Assembly (NCBI RefSeq): GCF_004010195.1
Contig: NC_057728.1
Span: 52,685,745-52,749,744, forward strand
Length of the DNA stretch: 64,000 nt
Reading direction: 5' to 3'
From: Chiloscyllium plagiosum
Taxonomy: Eukaryota
The notes beneath the pieces are model-generated. The model searched no databases and was not told where the DNA came from. It was given only the letters and a program-made list of their open reading frames with translations. The position numbers and the translations under genes were made by a program. This document shows positions 37,621 through 51,491 of this stretch, piece by piece; position 1 is the first letter of the stretch; each line of letters begins with the position of its first letter.

Positions 37621-39419
37621 TATTCATCCAATAATTCACACTCCTCCTCCCCAACTCACATATCAGCCCCATTCCAAAATCCAGGATGATTACTCACATA
37701 GCTCTCAGCCTCATGGATGCACCACAGCGATTCCAGCTACTGCTGAAGTTCTGAAACCCAGGATCCACTGACTTTGCTTCCTGAAGGGGCAGGACTATGA
37801 GGAATGCTATTGAATTCTCACGTACCACAGAATGTTCCAGAAGATGTGAGAAGCCCTGCCATGTCTTTATTTAATAGCATGCTATCCAAATTTATAGTAG
37901 TCTGGACATCAACAATAAACTGGGCTTGATATAGTTTAAGAATATCCGATAGATTATTAAGGAAGTCTTAGAAATTTGTACAAAGTGCTATATTTTGATA
38001 AACATCTTTGAGGGGAAAAGCAGGGAAAAGCAGGGTCCCTGATTCTGTGAGGCAGCAGTGCTAACCACTGAGCCATGTGACCTGCTGAAGGCACTTCCAC
38101 CAATGGCAGAACAATAAAAATCAGGTCATGTATGCAGACAGAATTGGGGGAGTGCAGATATACGGCTGGGCTGTGGGGGTTTGGAGGTGGTTACAGAGGT
38201 CGGGACGGTGAAGTGGGGAATGTGAGATATTGACATAATTTGAAAACAAGAAGCAGAATTTTAAAAGTGGTATGTTCGCAGACCAGGAACCAATGTCAAT
38301 TATGGGTGATGGGAGAATGGGCATTGGGCTAAAAGCAGATGAGATTTGGATGACAGTCACAGAGATGTACAGCATGGAAACAGATCCTTCATCACTGTCT
38401 GCCTGTGACTCCACTTTCAACTAACTATGAACCTGCACCCCAAGGTCATTTTGTTTGGCACACTCCCCAGGACCTTACTTTTATGTGTATAAGTTCTGCC
38501 CTAATTTGCCTTTCCAAAATGGATTAGCAGAGGATAATAAACTTCTAATTTTTCAGTCAAAGTAGAATTCAGCCATTTCGCAAAGTTTTTTACTCACAGT
38601 TAAACTTTCCATTTCTATGAGACTTCTCTGAGGAATTTCCTTTCAAATCTGTCCAGCGCAGCCATTCTAACAAAGTTGTACCATCTTCTGATTAAGCTTT
38701 GAGGCGAGTGGTAATCATTCCTTTTTATCGACTGCTTGCTTGCCTTCAATGGTGGGACCCATTTCAAAATCTTCTTGTGAAATTTATTTACCTTGACTGG
38801 CAAAATTAAATGACAGTGCTGATTCTTCAGGGATCTTTTACTGCTCATTTTCATTAATTACTTCATTGGAAGGAGTGAAGAAAGTTTTGTCTCTGCAAAA
38901 TTGCCAAAACACAACTCACTGAACTAAAACATAGTGGTGCATTTTCATAGTGTTTCAGTTGTCAGCAGTGATGCAGAGTTACGGAGTGAAATAGTTATTA
39001 GCACACTGCATAAGCCACCAGGGATACACCGATACCAATGGAATGTGCAAGATTAAACATTGTCTCTTATGCTTATCTCTTCACTCACTGGGTGGCAAGC
39101 CTCTCACCTTATTTTGGTGGAAAGCCAAAAGCATTTTTGTGAATAATGAAAAGCAAGAATGAGGAAGTGTAAGCATTAACTTGAGAATTATAAATGATTC
39201 TACACTGCAATGACGTATGGAGTCAATGCAGCTAGAAACTCCCAACCTGGATCATTGATTGTGGGAAGGTTGGTGACAAAGAGGGATCAGGATCGGAAGA
39301 CAGGTACAATTTGGTTCAACTTCTTACAAGGTCAAGTCACAATTCATCAAAGTTATTTTCAATCTTCTAGGCAAAAAAAATAGTATTGTTGAGACCGAAT
39401 GTAGAAGCAAACAATGTTT

Positions 39420-41440
39420 CTGAGGTCATTCCTGGCAGGGAGATTTGTTAGAGCTACTCAGGAGGGTTTAAACTAGTCTGGCAGGGGGGTGGGACAAAGG
39501 AAAAGGTTGAGGCTGGTACAGAAGTCAAATAGAGCAAGTTAAATAGACAAGGCAGGAAAGAGTACGGCAGGAAATGACAGAAGACTGATTAATTAAACTG
39601 CATTTTTTTTCATTGCAAGAGGCCTAACAGGTAAGGCAGCTGAACTCAGGGCACGGATAGGAACATGGCATTGGGATATCATAGCAATTACAGAAACCTT
39701 GGTGAGGGAGGGACAGGACTGGCAGGAAGGTTAGAATGGGAAGCAAGCCCTGAGTTCATCTGTCTTACATGTCAGGCCTCTTGCATTGAAAAAAAATACT
39801 GTTTAACTCATCAGTCTTCCGTCATTCCCTGCCGTACTCTTTCCTGCCTTGTCTATTTAACTTCTGTACCAGCCTCAACCTTCTCCTTTGTCTCACTACT
39901 GTTCAGGGTCCCACCCCACTGCCAGACTAGTTTAAACCCTCCTGAGTACCTCTAGCAAGTCTCTCTACCAGGAATGACCCCAGGAAACTGCTTGCATCTA
40001 CATTCAGTCTAAACAATACACGTGTTTGAGGAGGGAAAACATCACGGCAGTACTTGAGAGGATATTCCTGAGGGATCATCCAGTGAGACTATATGGGTGC
40101 ATCTGAGAAATAAGAAGGGGATGATCATTTAGATGGGATTGTAATATAGGCCACCCAAATAGTCAGTGGAAAATTGAGGAGCAAGTATGTAGGGAGATAA
40201 CAAATAGCTGTAAGAATAATAGGGTTGTAACAGTTGAGAAGTTTGACTTTCCAAACATAGACTGGGACTGTCATAGTGTTAAGGGCCTGGGTGAGGAGGA
40301 ATTTGCTACGTGTATCCAGTAAAATTTCTCAATCAAAATGTAGATGGCTCTGCTAGAAAAGGGGCAAAATGTGAACTCCTCTTGGAGAATAAGGCAGGAC
40401 AAGTGACTGAGGTGTAGGGGGGGAGCACTTTGGGACCAGTGGGTGACTATAATTCTATTAATATTAAATAATTATGGAAAAGGATAGTTTGATCCAGAAG
40501 TTGAATTTCCAACTTGGGACAAGGCCAATTTTAAATGTATTAGACAGAAACTTTCAAAAGTTGTTTGGTGGAGGCTGTTCACAGGTGAAGGAACGCCTGG
40601 CAAGTGGGAGGCTTTCAAAAATGAGATAACACGAATCCAGGGACAACACGTTCCTGTTAGTGTGAAGGGCAAAACTGACAGGAGTAAGGATCATTGGATC
40701 ATTAGAGATATCGAGGCTCTCGTCAAGAGAAAGGAGGCACGTATCAGGTATAGACAGTTGGGATCAAATGAATCCCTTGAGGAGTATTGGGGCTGTAGGA
40801 GTACACTTAAGAAGGAAACCAGCAGGGCAAAAAGGGGGCATGAGATCACTTTGGCAGATAGGATAAAGGAGAATCCAAAAAGATTCTACATGTATATTAT
40901 GGCAAAAGAGTAACTAGGGAGAGAATAGAGCCCCTGAAAGGTCGACAAGATAATCTGTGTGTGGAGCTACAGGAGATGGGTAAGATCTTAAATGAATATT
41001 TCACGTCAGTATTTACCATGGAGAAAGGCATGGAAGCTAGGGAACTTAGTGAAGCAAATAGTGATGGCTTGAAAAGAATCAACATTACAGAAGAGGAAGT
41101 GCTGGAGGTCTTAAAATGCATAAAGGTAGCTAAATCCCTCCTGATCAAGTGTATCCCATGATATTATGGGAAGTTGCTGGGACCCTTGCTGTGATATTTG
41201 TATCACTGAGAGTCAGTTGAGGTTCCAGAAAACTGGGGTGTGGCTAATGTTTTAACTTTATTTAAGAAAGGCTACAAGGAAAAGCCAGGGAACTAGACTG
41301 GTGAGCCTAATCTCAGCCATGGGTAACTTGTTGGAGGGCACTGAGAGACAAGATCTTTCTAAAGATCCTTTAGAAAGGCAAGGACTGATTAGGGATAGTC
41401 AGCATAGCTCTGTGCAAAGAAACTGTTTTTTGAAGAGTTG
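39420..41440 (+). mobile_element. CR1 LINE 5'/middle part (continues at 44590-45297), with an internal inverted duplication
   Basis: gagggtttaaactag ORF1 end, APE remnants, LADRIKENPKRFY, ILNEYFTSVFT. Confidence 0.85.
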
Positions 41441-41446
41441 ACCAAG

Positions 41447-44400
41447 AAGCTTATCTATGTCTCTCTGTAAACTACTACATCCTTTGTCACTATCCACAAC
41501 TCTACCGACGTTAGTGTCACCTGCAAATTTACTAACCCATCCTTCTATGGCCTCATCCAGGTCATTTATAAAAATGACAAACAGCAGTGGACTCAAAACA
41601 GATCCTTGCAGTACTCGACTTGTAACTGAACTCTAGGATGAACATTTCCCATCAACCACCACCCTCGGTCTTCTTTCAGCAAGCCAATTTCTGATCCAAA
41701 CCGCTAAATCATCCTCAATCCCTTGCCTCTGTGCAATTGCATACCGTGGAGAACCTTATTAAACGCCTTACTGAAATCCATATACACCACATCAACTGTT
41801 TTATCCTGATCCAACTGTTTGGTCACCTTCTCGAAGAACTCAATAAGGTTTGTGAGGCACAACCTACCCTTCACAAAACCATGTTGACGATCCCTAATCA
41901 ACTTATTTTTTTTCAAGTGATTATGAACCCTAGCTCTTATAACCCTTTCCAAAACTTTACACACAACTGAAGTAAGGCGCACAGCTCTTTAATTACCAGA
42001 GTTGTATCTACTCTCCTTGAACAAGGGAAAAACATTTGCTATCCCTCCAGTCTTCTAGTACTATTCCTGTAGACAATGATGACAAAGATCAATGCCAAAA
42101 GCTAGGCAATCTCTTCCCTGGCTTCCCAGAGAATCCTAGGATAAATCCTAGGGACTTATCTATTCTTACACTTTCCAGAACTGCTAACACCACCTCCTTA
42201 TGCACCTCAATCCCATCTAGTCCGTTAGCCTGTATCGCAGTATTCTCCTCGACCACATTGTCTTTTTCTGGCGTGAATACATGCATTTAGCACTTCCCCT
42301 ATCTCCTCTGACTCCACGCACAACTTCCCACTAGTATGAGTTGAAAGTGTGGTGCTGGAAAAGCACAGTAGGTTAGGCAGCATCCGAGGAGCAGGAAAAT
42401 CGACGTTTTGAGGAAAAGCCTTTCCCTGAAGCATCGATTTTCCTGCTCCTCAGATGCTCCCTGACCTGTTGTACCTTTCCAGCACCTGCAGTCCTCACTT
42501 TCGCCTAGTTGATTTTCCCACTAGTATACTTGATTGGCTCTAATCTTACTCTAGTCATTCTTTTATTCCTGATATACCTATAGAAAGCCTTAGGGTTTTC
42601 CTTGATCCTATCTGCCAATTATTTCTCATGTACCCTCCTGAATCTTCTTAGCTCTCTCTTTAGGTATTTCCTGGCCAACTTGTAACTCTCACGTACCCTA
42701 ACTGAGCCATCACATCTCATCCTAACATAAACCTTCTTCTTCCTCTTGACAAAAGATTCAAATTCCTTAGTAAACCACGGCTCCCACGCTCGACAACTAC
42801 CTCCCTGCCTGATAGGTACATATTTATTACCCACAGTAGCTGGTCCTTGAATAACCTCCACATTTCAACTGTGCCCATCCCCTGTAGTTTCCTTCCCCAT
42901 CCTATGCATCCTAAATCTTGTCTAATCACATCATAATTGCCTTTCCCCCAGCTATAACTCTTGCCCTGTGGTATATACCTATCCCTTTCCATTGCTAAAG
43001 TAAACATAGCTGAATTGTGGTCACTACCACCAAAGTGTTCACCTCCCTCCAAATCTACCACCTGGTCGGATTCATTACCCAGTACCAAATCTGATGTGGC
43101 CTCGCCTCTTGTTGGCCTGTCTACATATTTGTGTCAGGAAACCCTCCTGCACATATTGGACAAAAACTGACCCATCTAAAAGTACTTAAACTATAACATT
43201 CCCAGTCAATATTTGGAAAGTTAAAGGCCCCCATAACAAATACCCTGTCACTCTCACTCCTATCAAGAATCATCTTTGTATCCTGTCCTCTACATCTGTG
43301 GAACTATTTGGAGGGCTATAGAAAACTCCCAACAGGGTGACCTCTCCTTTCCTGTTTCTAACCTCAGCCCATACTACCTCAGTTGACGAGTCCCCAAACA
43401 TCCTTTCTGCAACTGTAATACAGTGCCACACCACTCCCCCTTTTACCATCTTCTCTGTTCTTACTGAAACATCTAAATCCCGGAACCTGCAATAACCATT
43501 TCTGACCCTGCTCTACCCATGTCCCTGAAATGGCCACAACATCGAAATCCCAGGTACCAACCCATGCTGCAAGTTCACCCACCTTATTCTGGATGCACTT
43601 GGTTTCAAGTGTGTCTACTTCAACACCAACTTCTTGCTTGCCAGTGCCTTGTTGCGATCTTGAAATCTTAGTTCTGACTTCACTACTCTCAACCTCCAGT
43701 ATACTCAAACTACAATATCGATTCCCATCCCCCTACTCAATTAGTTTAAACTCACCTGAAAAGCATTAGCAAAATTTTCCCACCAGGATATTCGTACCCC
43801 TCTGGTTCAGGTGAAAACCATATTGTTTGTAGAGGTCCCACCTACCCCAGAACGAGCCCCAATTATCCAGGAATCAAAAACCCTCCCTCCTGTTCATCTC
43901 CTCATCTTGCTAGCATGTGGCACAGGCAACAAACCAAAGACAACAACTCTGTTTGTTCTAGCTCTAAGCACCTTAGCTCCCTGAGTTTCTGCCTTAGATC
44001 CCCACCTTTCTTCCTATCTATGTCATTGGTGCCTATGTGGTCCACGACTTTGGGCTGCTCCCGTTCCCCTGCAAAGACCCCGAAAACATGATCAGAGACT
44101 TCACGAAGCCTGGCACCTGAGAGACAACACACCAACCGTGAGTCTCTCTTGCCCCCACAGAACGTCATATCTGTCCCCCTAACTATGGAGTCCCCAATGA
44201 CTAATGCTCTGCTCCTCTTCCCTCTTCCCTTCTGAGCAACAGGGACAGACTCTGTGCCAGAGACCTGTGCCCCATTGCTTACCCCTGGTAAGTAGTTTCC
44301 CCCAACAGTATCCGAGATGGTATACTTATTGTTGAGGGTAATGGCCACAGGGGATCCCTGTACTGCCTGCTGGTTCCCTTTCCGTCCCCTGACCTTCTTC

Positions 44401-44585
44401 ATGTACCGGACGTGTGACTACCTCCCTGTAACTCTTCTCAATAAACCCCTCTGCCTCCCGAATGAGTGAAGTTCATCCAGCTCCAGTTCCCTAACACGGT
44501 TTTGGAGGAGCTGGAGTTGGGTGCACTTCCCAAAGATGCAGTCAGCAGGGACACTACTGGTGACCCTTACCTCCCACATTCTGCA
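41447..44585 (-). mobile_element. CR1 LINE lacking its 3' end, with ORF1 zinc-finger/coiled-coil and SGNH esterase, nested in the plus-strand CR1
   Basis: CRMWEV..CIFGKCTQLQLL; ALVIGDSIVRG..VCCLSGARL..HIGTND; APE DVVAISGTW; RT QHGFVKGRLCLTNLIEFF, DFSKAF, LFVIFINDLD..KFAGD. Confidence 0.9.
42338..42514. mobile_element. Fold-back PLE terminal element (family A) inserted in CR1
   Basis: 13-bp TSD ttcccactagtat (42325-42337 / 42515-42527); inverted arms. Confidence 0.8.
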
Positions 44586-44589
44586 GAAT

Positions 44590-45297
44590 GTTGTTGAACA
44601 GAGAGACCTAGGGGCGCAAGTACATAGTTCCTTGAAAATGGCATCACTGGTAGACAGGGTGCTGAAAAAGGTATTTGGCGCACTTGCCTTCATTGGTTAG
44701 AACACCGAGTATAGGAGTTGGGACGTCTTGTTACAGCTGTAAAGACATTGGTTAGGCCACATTTGAAGTACTGCATACAATTCTGGCTGCCTTTCTATAG
44801 GAAGAATGTTATTAAACTAGAAAGGGTGCTGAAAAGATTTATAAGGATATTACCGGGACCGGAGGGTTTGAGCAATAAGGAGAGGCTGGATAACTGGGAC
44901 TTTTTTCCCTGAAACGTTGGAGGCTGAGGAGTGATCTTATAATGTTTATAAAATCATGAGGAGTACAGATGGGTGAATAGCCAAGAGCCTACTCCCCAGA
45001 GTAGGGGAGTGCAAAACTAGAGGGCATAGGTTTAAGGGGAGAAGTGCAAAATTTAGAAGGGACCCGAGAGGCTGTATTTTTCATTCCATAAAAACATGGA
45101 ATGAACTGCCAGAGAAAGTGATAGAGGTGGGTACAATTTAAAAGGCATTCGGACAGGTACTTGGATACGAAAGGTTTAGAGGGACATGGGCCAAATGCAG
45201 GTACATGGGACTAGTCGAATTGAGGAAACCTGGTCAGGATGGATGAATTGGGCTGAAGGGCCTGTTTCTGTGCTGTATGACTCTATGACTCTTTGAC
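44590..45297 (+). mobile_element. CR1 LINE 3' end
   Basis: LVRPHLKYCIQFW..KLERVLKRF; tail (tatgactc)n. Confidence 0.88.
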
Positions 45298-48200
45298 TCC
45301 AGTCGTTCATCGGTCTTCATTTCAAAAAAATTTGTGTAGGACCATAAGACTATAAATCATAGGAGCAGAAGTAGCCATTCGAGCAATTGAGTCTGCTCAT
45401 CCCTTCAATGAGATTGTGGCTGATCTAACAATCCTAACTTCATTTTCCCACCTTGTCCCCACAAAAGCCTGTATCCTGTCACTAAGTCACCTTTTGTTTA
45501 CACATGCAGAGTACATGGCACTGACCCAGGTAGTTCAGAGCCAGCTCAGAGAGTGAACAGAACCTCTGAAACTCATGTTTCTATCTGTCAGCCAGACTCA
45601 CTGCTTGGACCAGGTTAACAGCCCCAATCAGGATTCACATTCTATGAGTTCACCCAACTGACCTCACTACAATCACTATGTCCCTTCCCCTCTAGGTCTG
45701 GGAACGTAGGCCCATTCTTTTCCTGTAGCTTCTCCTGTGGTGTTCGGTTCTTCCGACTCTGCCTCGGATACTACCGTGTCCAGAGCGTCTCAGCTGAAAT
45801 TCACCTTCAGGAGGTAATGGTGTAGAGACTGAGACATCTGCCGTGTCCATCTCATCCTTCTTCGAGATAAGATGGAGAAGGAATCAGAGGTTCTGTAAGC
45901 CTTGTCAGATGTTCTGAGGGGCCGGATATGTTTTGCTCCTGTCCCATTTACAATAGTGCAGCTTTTGTGTGGTCCACATGCTTGTTCAGGCCCACTTCTC
46001 CCACCTGAACTTTGCACATCACAGGATCTGGCCTTATGTCACCCATGCCTTTAACCCATGCAGGGGCATTCCTGTGGTTTTGACAAAAAGCTTTGTCCCC
46101 TGAAGTAAACTGCCCCTCTCACAGAGAAGTTTTGTGTCTGGTTTTGCGTTCCCTGATGCTGCTTCGCCCCCCAACACACCTGGCCCTGGAAGATCAGATT
46201 TAAGCAAGTGTGCCGTCTTCTCCCCATTAACAACTCTGCTGTGGCTGTCCCTGTAATTGCTGGATCCCAAAATCGAACAGGAACCGGGACAGTTTAGTAT
46301 CTTGTGAAGCTGTAGGCTGTTTCTTTAAGCCTGCCTTCAAAGTTTGTACTGCTTTTTCCACCAGACCATTGGATGATGGATGGTATGAAGCAGTCCTTAC
46401 ATGACGAATGCTATTCAACTTTAGCAAATACTTGAATTCCCTGCTGGTAAAATGATGGCCCGTTGTCTATGACCAATGCCTCTGGGAATCCATGTCTTGA
46501 ATAAGATGCTCACAGCTTTACAATCATCTCCCTCTTTGACAAGTGAACACTATGCACATCCAACCACTGAGTGGGCATCCATATTGACTAAGGACATTGA
46601 ACCCATGAAAGGAGCAGCATAGTTGACATGTAACCGAGTGCAGGGTTTACCTGGCTATAAGGGGAGCTGCTGGCAGTAATATCTGTCATTGTTGGTACTC
46701 TGGGCACTGCCCCACACAGCAATGTCGGCATTCAATCCTGGCCAAGAGACATAAGGTGTTGTTGAGAAGTTAATTTTGGTAACCGCTGGATGGCCCTTGC
46801 AGAGTTCAGCCAATATACGGCAGCGACCTTGCCTTGGGACAGTCAGTCACTCATGCTCCCCACAAAGATTCAGAAAGGTTTCAGTTCTCGGTGTGATGGC
46901 CCTTTCATTTCCCCATCACCATCAACCATTTTGATTTTGCCAGGACCGGACCTTTTTGTGTCCACAGTCTGTTATTGTTGATGGTGACTGGAAGGGTGTA
47001 CAGAAAGTTTAAAATCAGAACAGACTCTTCCAGTGGCAGAACCGGTGTATTCACCAGAGGGAAGCAGCTCAAGGCATCTGCAGTTGCCACTTGGCGTCCC
47101 GGACAGTGTTCCAACTTGTAATTATACTCACTCAGAATTTAACGTGAAGGTATGGACGGCACAGCTTCTTTAAGTAGCTGTGGTAGGGATTTGTGGTCTG
47201 TTACAATTAAATATCTATAGAGATATTGTGGAACTTTCTCACACCAAAGATAACCACCAAACCTTCTTTCTCTGTCTGCCTTCCTTCGGGATAAGTCAAA
47301 GACCTGGAAGCATATGCTATCGAGTCTTCCTCTCCGCTGGGCCACCAGTGAGTCAACACTACTCCGACACCGTATGGGGAGGTGTTGCATGATTGCACTG
47401 TGTGTCAGCACCACATCTTGCTTGGGATTGTAGTGTGCCAACACCTCAGACAATGATAGTTGCTTCTCCACTTTCCTAAAGGCTACATCTTGGCTACGGG
47501 ACCATTTCCAAGGCTGACCCTTTTTCTGTAGCAAATGTAGGGGTGCCAGGATGGAGGCCAGGTTATGTATGAATTTTCTGTAATAATTCACCAGCCCAAG
47601 GAAAGACCTCAACTCCATTATAGAAGTGGGAGCCAAGACACCTTTGTTCGCCCTCACTTTATCTTCCAACAGGTGTAACCCAGTCTTGTTGGTTTTGTAG
47701 CCCAAGTAAGGCACTTGGGGTGCCTAGAACACACATTTTTTTCTCCTAAAGTGTACACGTGCTTTGGAGAAATGTTTAAGCACTAAGTCCAAATTCTCCA
47801 AATGCTCAATATTGGTCATTCCTGTTATTAGTACATCATCCAGATAAATGGCAACCTGGGGTAGACCTTGGAAAGCATTCTTCATCATTCGCTAGAAAAA
47901 GGCACAGGCTGATGATACCCCAAAATGCATATTGGTGCAAACCCTTCTAGGTATTAAGTGTAGATTACTTCTGAAAATCCTCAGCTAACCGCAATTGTAT
48001 GTACATATGGCTCATGTTGAGCTTTCTGAATGTCAGCAAACCCCTACATCCCACACACCCCCATCTCCCCCCACCAGCTTTGCGTAGAGGTCTTCTTTGC
48101 GATGGATTGGTTATTTATCCAGCTGTGAGCAGCAATTCACCATTTGTTTGAAATCCCCACAATGATGAGCCGACCCATCAGGCTTCAAAATCAGTATGAC

Positions 48201-48337
48201 TGGTGCTGCCCATTCCGCAAACTGGACTGGCTTAATGATTGTTTCACTGTCCCGCCTCCTGATTACTTTTGCCTGTAAGGCAAATGGGCACTGGGTGGTC
48301 CTTGCAGAATTGTGGGATTGCTTCCTGGTCAACACTT

Positions 48338-48510
48338 AAGCTCAGAAGTCACACGACACCAGGTATAGTCCAACAAGTTTATTTGAAATCACAAGCTTTC
48401 AAAGCACTCCGAAAGCTTGTGATCTCAAATAAACCTATTTGACCATAACCTGGAGTTGTGTGACTTCTGACCTTGTCAACCCCAGTCCAACACAAGCACC
48501 TCCATGTCAA
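48338..48510. mobile_element. Fold-back PLE terminal element (family B-related) inside Gypsy pol
   Basis: cagaagtcacacgacaccagg... / ...cctggagttgtgtgacttctg inverted arms, then cagtccaacac tail. Confidence 0.7.
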
Positions 48511-49077
48511 GGCTGACATACAAGTTGGCTTTTGCCGCTTTGATAGTCCCTAGACCTCCCTGAAAAATATTTGGGTATTTAATTAGAACATCACTTATGC
48601 AGCCATTTTCTAATCAAAAAATGTTGGGCCAATCAAGTTGAATATTTCTCAACCAATTTTGCCCCATCAAGCTTGAACCCGAGCCTTTTGCTACAATTAG
48701 CAATAACTGAACCAGCTGCTTCTCATAAAAGTTTGGAATGAAGTTGTCCCCTTAATCTCCAAGGTGTCCCTGGTATAGTTTCTCAACCTAGCTAGGGTCC
48801 AATGCAAATTTAAGATTGGAGTCCAGAATGAATTTTGGTAAAGACTGGTTTAATAATCACTAACACAACCATGCCAGTATCAATCTCCAGTATAACTGGG
48901 TGACCATTTAACCAGGTATTTATTTTGATTGGTTCCGATTTCAAAGTTGCTAAGCAATTTAACTGTTCTAAACCAACTGCAGGTGGACTTTCCAGGATGT
49001 TCACTCCACTGGATATCAGCTTATGAATTTTCTGACTCAATGTAGGTCTAATGGGACTCTTTTGCTGTTTCAGATCC

Positions 49078-50530
49078 ACAGAGTCAGAGTCACTGACGTA
49101 CAGCACGGAAACAGACCCTTCGGTCCAACTCGTCCATGCCGACCAGATATCCCAACCCAATCTAGTCCCACCTGCCAGCACCTGGCCCATATCCCTCCAA
49201 ACCCTTCCTTTTCATATATCCATCCAGATGCCTCTTAAATGATACAATTGTACTAGCTCCACGACTTCCTCTGGTAGCTCATTCCATAAACGTACCACCC
49301 TCTGTGTGAAAACGTTGCCCCTTAGGTCTCTTGCCCCTGAGGACATGATTTCCCACGCACAAAGCCATGTTGACTATCCCTAATCATTCCTTGCCTTTCC
49401 AAATACATGTACATCCTGTCCCTCAGGATTCCCTCCAACAACTTGCCCACCACCGAAGTCAGGCTCACTGGTCTATAGTTCCCTGGCTTGTCCTTATCAC
49501 CCTTCTTAAACAGTGGTACCATGTTGCCAACCTCCAGTCTTCCGGCACCTCACCTGTGACTATCGATGATACAAATATCTCAGCAAGAGGCCCAGCAATC
49601 ACTTCTCTAGCTTCCCACAGAGTTCTAGAGTACACCTGATCAGGTCCTGGGGATTTATCCACCTTTATGCGTTTCAAGACATCCAGCACTTCCTCCTCAT
49701 GTAATTTGGACATTTTGCAAAATGTCATCATCTATTTCCCTACAGTCTATATCTTCCATATCCTTTTCCACAGTAAATACTGATGCAAAATATTCATTTA
49801 GTATCTCCCCCATTTTCTGTGGCTCCACACAAAGACCGCCTTGCTGATCTTTGAGGGGCCCTATTCTCTTCTTAGTTACCCTTTTGGTCTTAATGTATTT
49901 GTAAAAACCATTTGGATTCTCCTTAATTCTATTTGCCAAAGCTACCTCATTTCACCTTTTTGCCCTCCTGATTTCCTTCTTAATTATACTCCTACTGCCT
50001 TTATACTCTAAGGATTCACTTTATCTAGCCTGTCTATATTTGACATATGCTTCCTTCTTTTTCTTAACCCTTTACCTGCGAACATCTGCCCCCAATCAGC
50101 TTTTGAAAGTTCTTGCCTAATACCATCAAAATTGGCCTTTCTCCAATTTAGAACTTCAACTTTTAGATCTGGTCTATCCTTTACCATCATTATTTTAAAT
50201 CTAATAGAATTACGGTCGCTGGCCCCAAAGTGCTCCCCCACTGACACCTATTTCCCAAGAGTAGGTCAAGTTTTGCACATTCTCTAGTAGGTACATCCAC
50301 ATACTGAATCAGACCTCTCCATCTAAACCCTTAACACTATGGCAGTCCCAGTCTATGTTTGGAAAGTTAAATCCCCTGCCATAACCACCCTATTATACTT
50401 ACAGATAGCTGAGATCTCCTTACAAGTTTGTTTCTCGATTTCCCTCTGACTATTAGGGGTCTATAATACAATCCCAAGAAGGTGATCATCCCTTTCTTAT
50501 TTCTCAGTTTCACCCAGATAACGTCCCTGG
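49078..50530 (-). mobile_element. Internally deleted young CR1 nested in the Gypsy element
   Basis: Near-identical to 27197-30860 (EPQKMGEILNEYFASVFTVEKDMEDIDCREID); 3' tail fused to mid-RT at about 49330. Confidence 0.88.
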
Positions 50531-50559
50531 GCAAACTTCCCTGGGTACATACCAACAGC

Positions 50560-50628
50560 AACTCCAACAACTTGACAGTCTGGAATCTTGAGAAACTCCA
50601 ACAACTTGACAGTCTGGAATCTTGAGAA
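50560..50628. repeat. 34-bp tandem duplication in Gypsy gag
   Basis: aactccaacaacttgacagtctggaatcttgaga x2. Confidence 0.9.
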
Positions 50629-51491
50629 AATCTTAGCTATTGCAGAAGCGTTGGTTTTGTTTTGGGGTTTTTGCTGTAGGTTGACAGAGAGTCCCTCTGA
50701 TCAGGATATATCCTGAGTGAGGCTATACAATTACCTTCACTCAAGTGGTCTCTCCCAAGCTCAATCAGCCTGCTGAGGGTGTCCACTTTCTACAGCATAC
50801 CCTGTAACTCATAACCTTCACTTGTTGTGTTTTCTCATGACAAAGCCAGTTAATAATCACTGTTTAAAGTTCAGTTGGGCTTTAGCCAATAGGTGCTTTT
50901 GCATGGTTACATAATTAATCCCACATACAAACTCAGCATCTCACTTAGGGTTAAACCAAAATCACATGCCTCTCCCAGTCGTCTTAATCTCATCAAAAAT
51001 CTCAATACGGATTCCCCAGGTTCCTGAACGGTTGAGTAAAACTGATCATGTTTCAAAATTAGAGGTGGTTTACGGCTGTTATATTCTTTAACTAAACTCA
51101 CCAACTCTTTCGTAACTGGTGCCTCCAGGAAAGTTAAGCTCCGAATAACAAAAAAGCTGTGGGTCCACACACTGTCAGGAAAATTATCTATTACTTCTCT
51201 TCTGTCCCAACGTCATTTGCACAGAAAAAGTAACACATTCTTTCCATATACTGGGCCCAGTCTTCAATGGCATGATTCTGGAAATATTAACTCCAATTCA
51301 AAGACAACTATTGGGAGTGAATCTCTTCATGCACGTGGTTTTTGTCATCACCACTGAAATAACTCCACAAAGGCCTGTATCCTGTCACCAAGTCACCCTT
51401 TCTTTACATGTGCATAGCACATGATTCTGACTCAGTTAGCTCAGAGCTGGGTCATAGGGTGAGCAGAAGCCCTGACCCCTGTTTATACCTG

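Noticed and set aside
43902..44402. ORF starting MKKV as possible kitlg exon 1 (MKK..)
   Set aside because: It lies inside CR1 ORF1 and has no splice donor after five codons.
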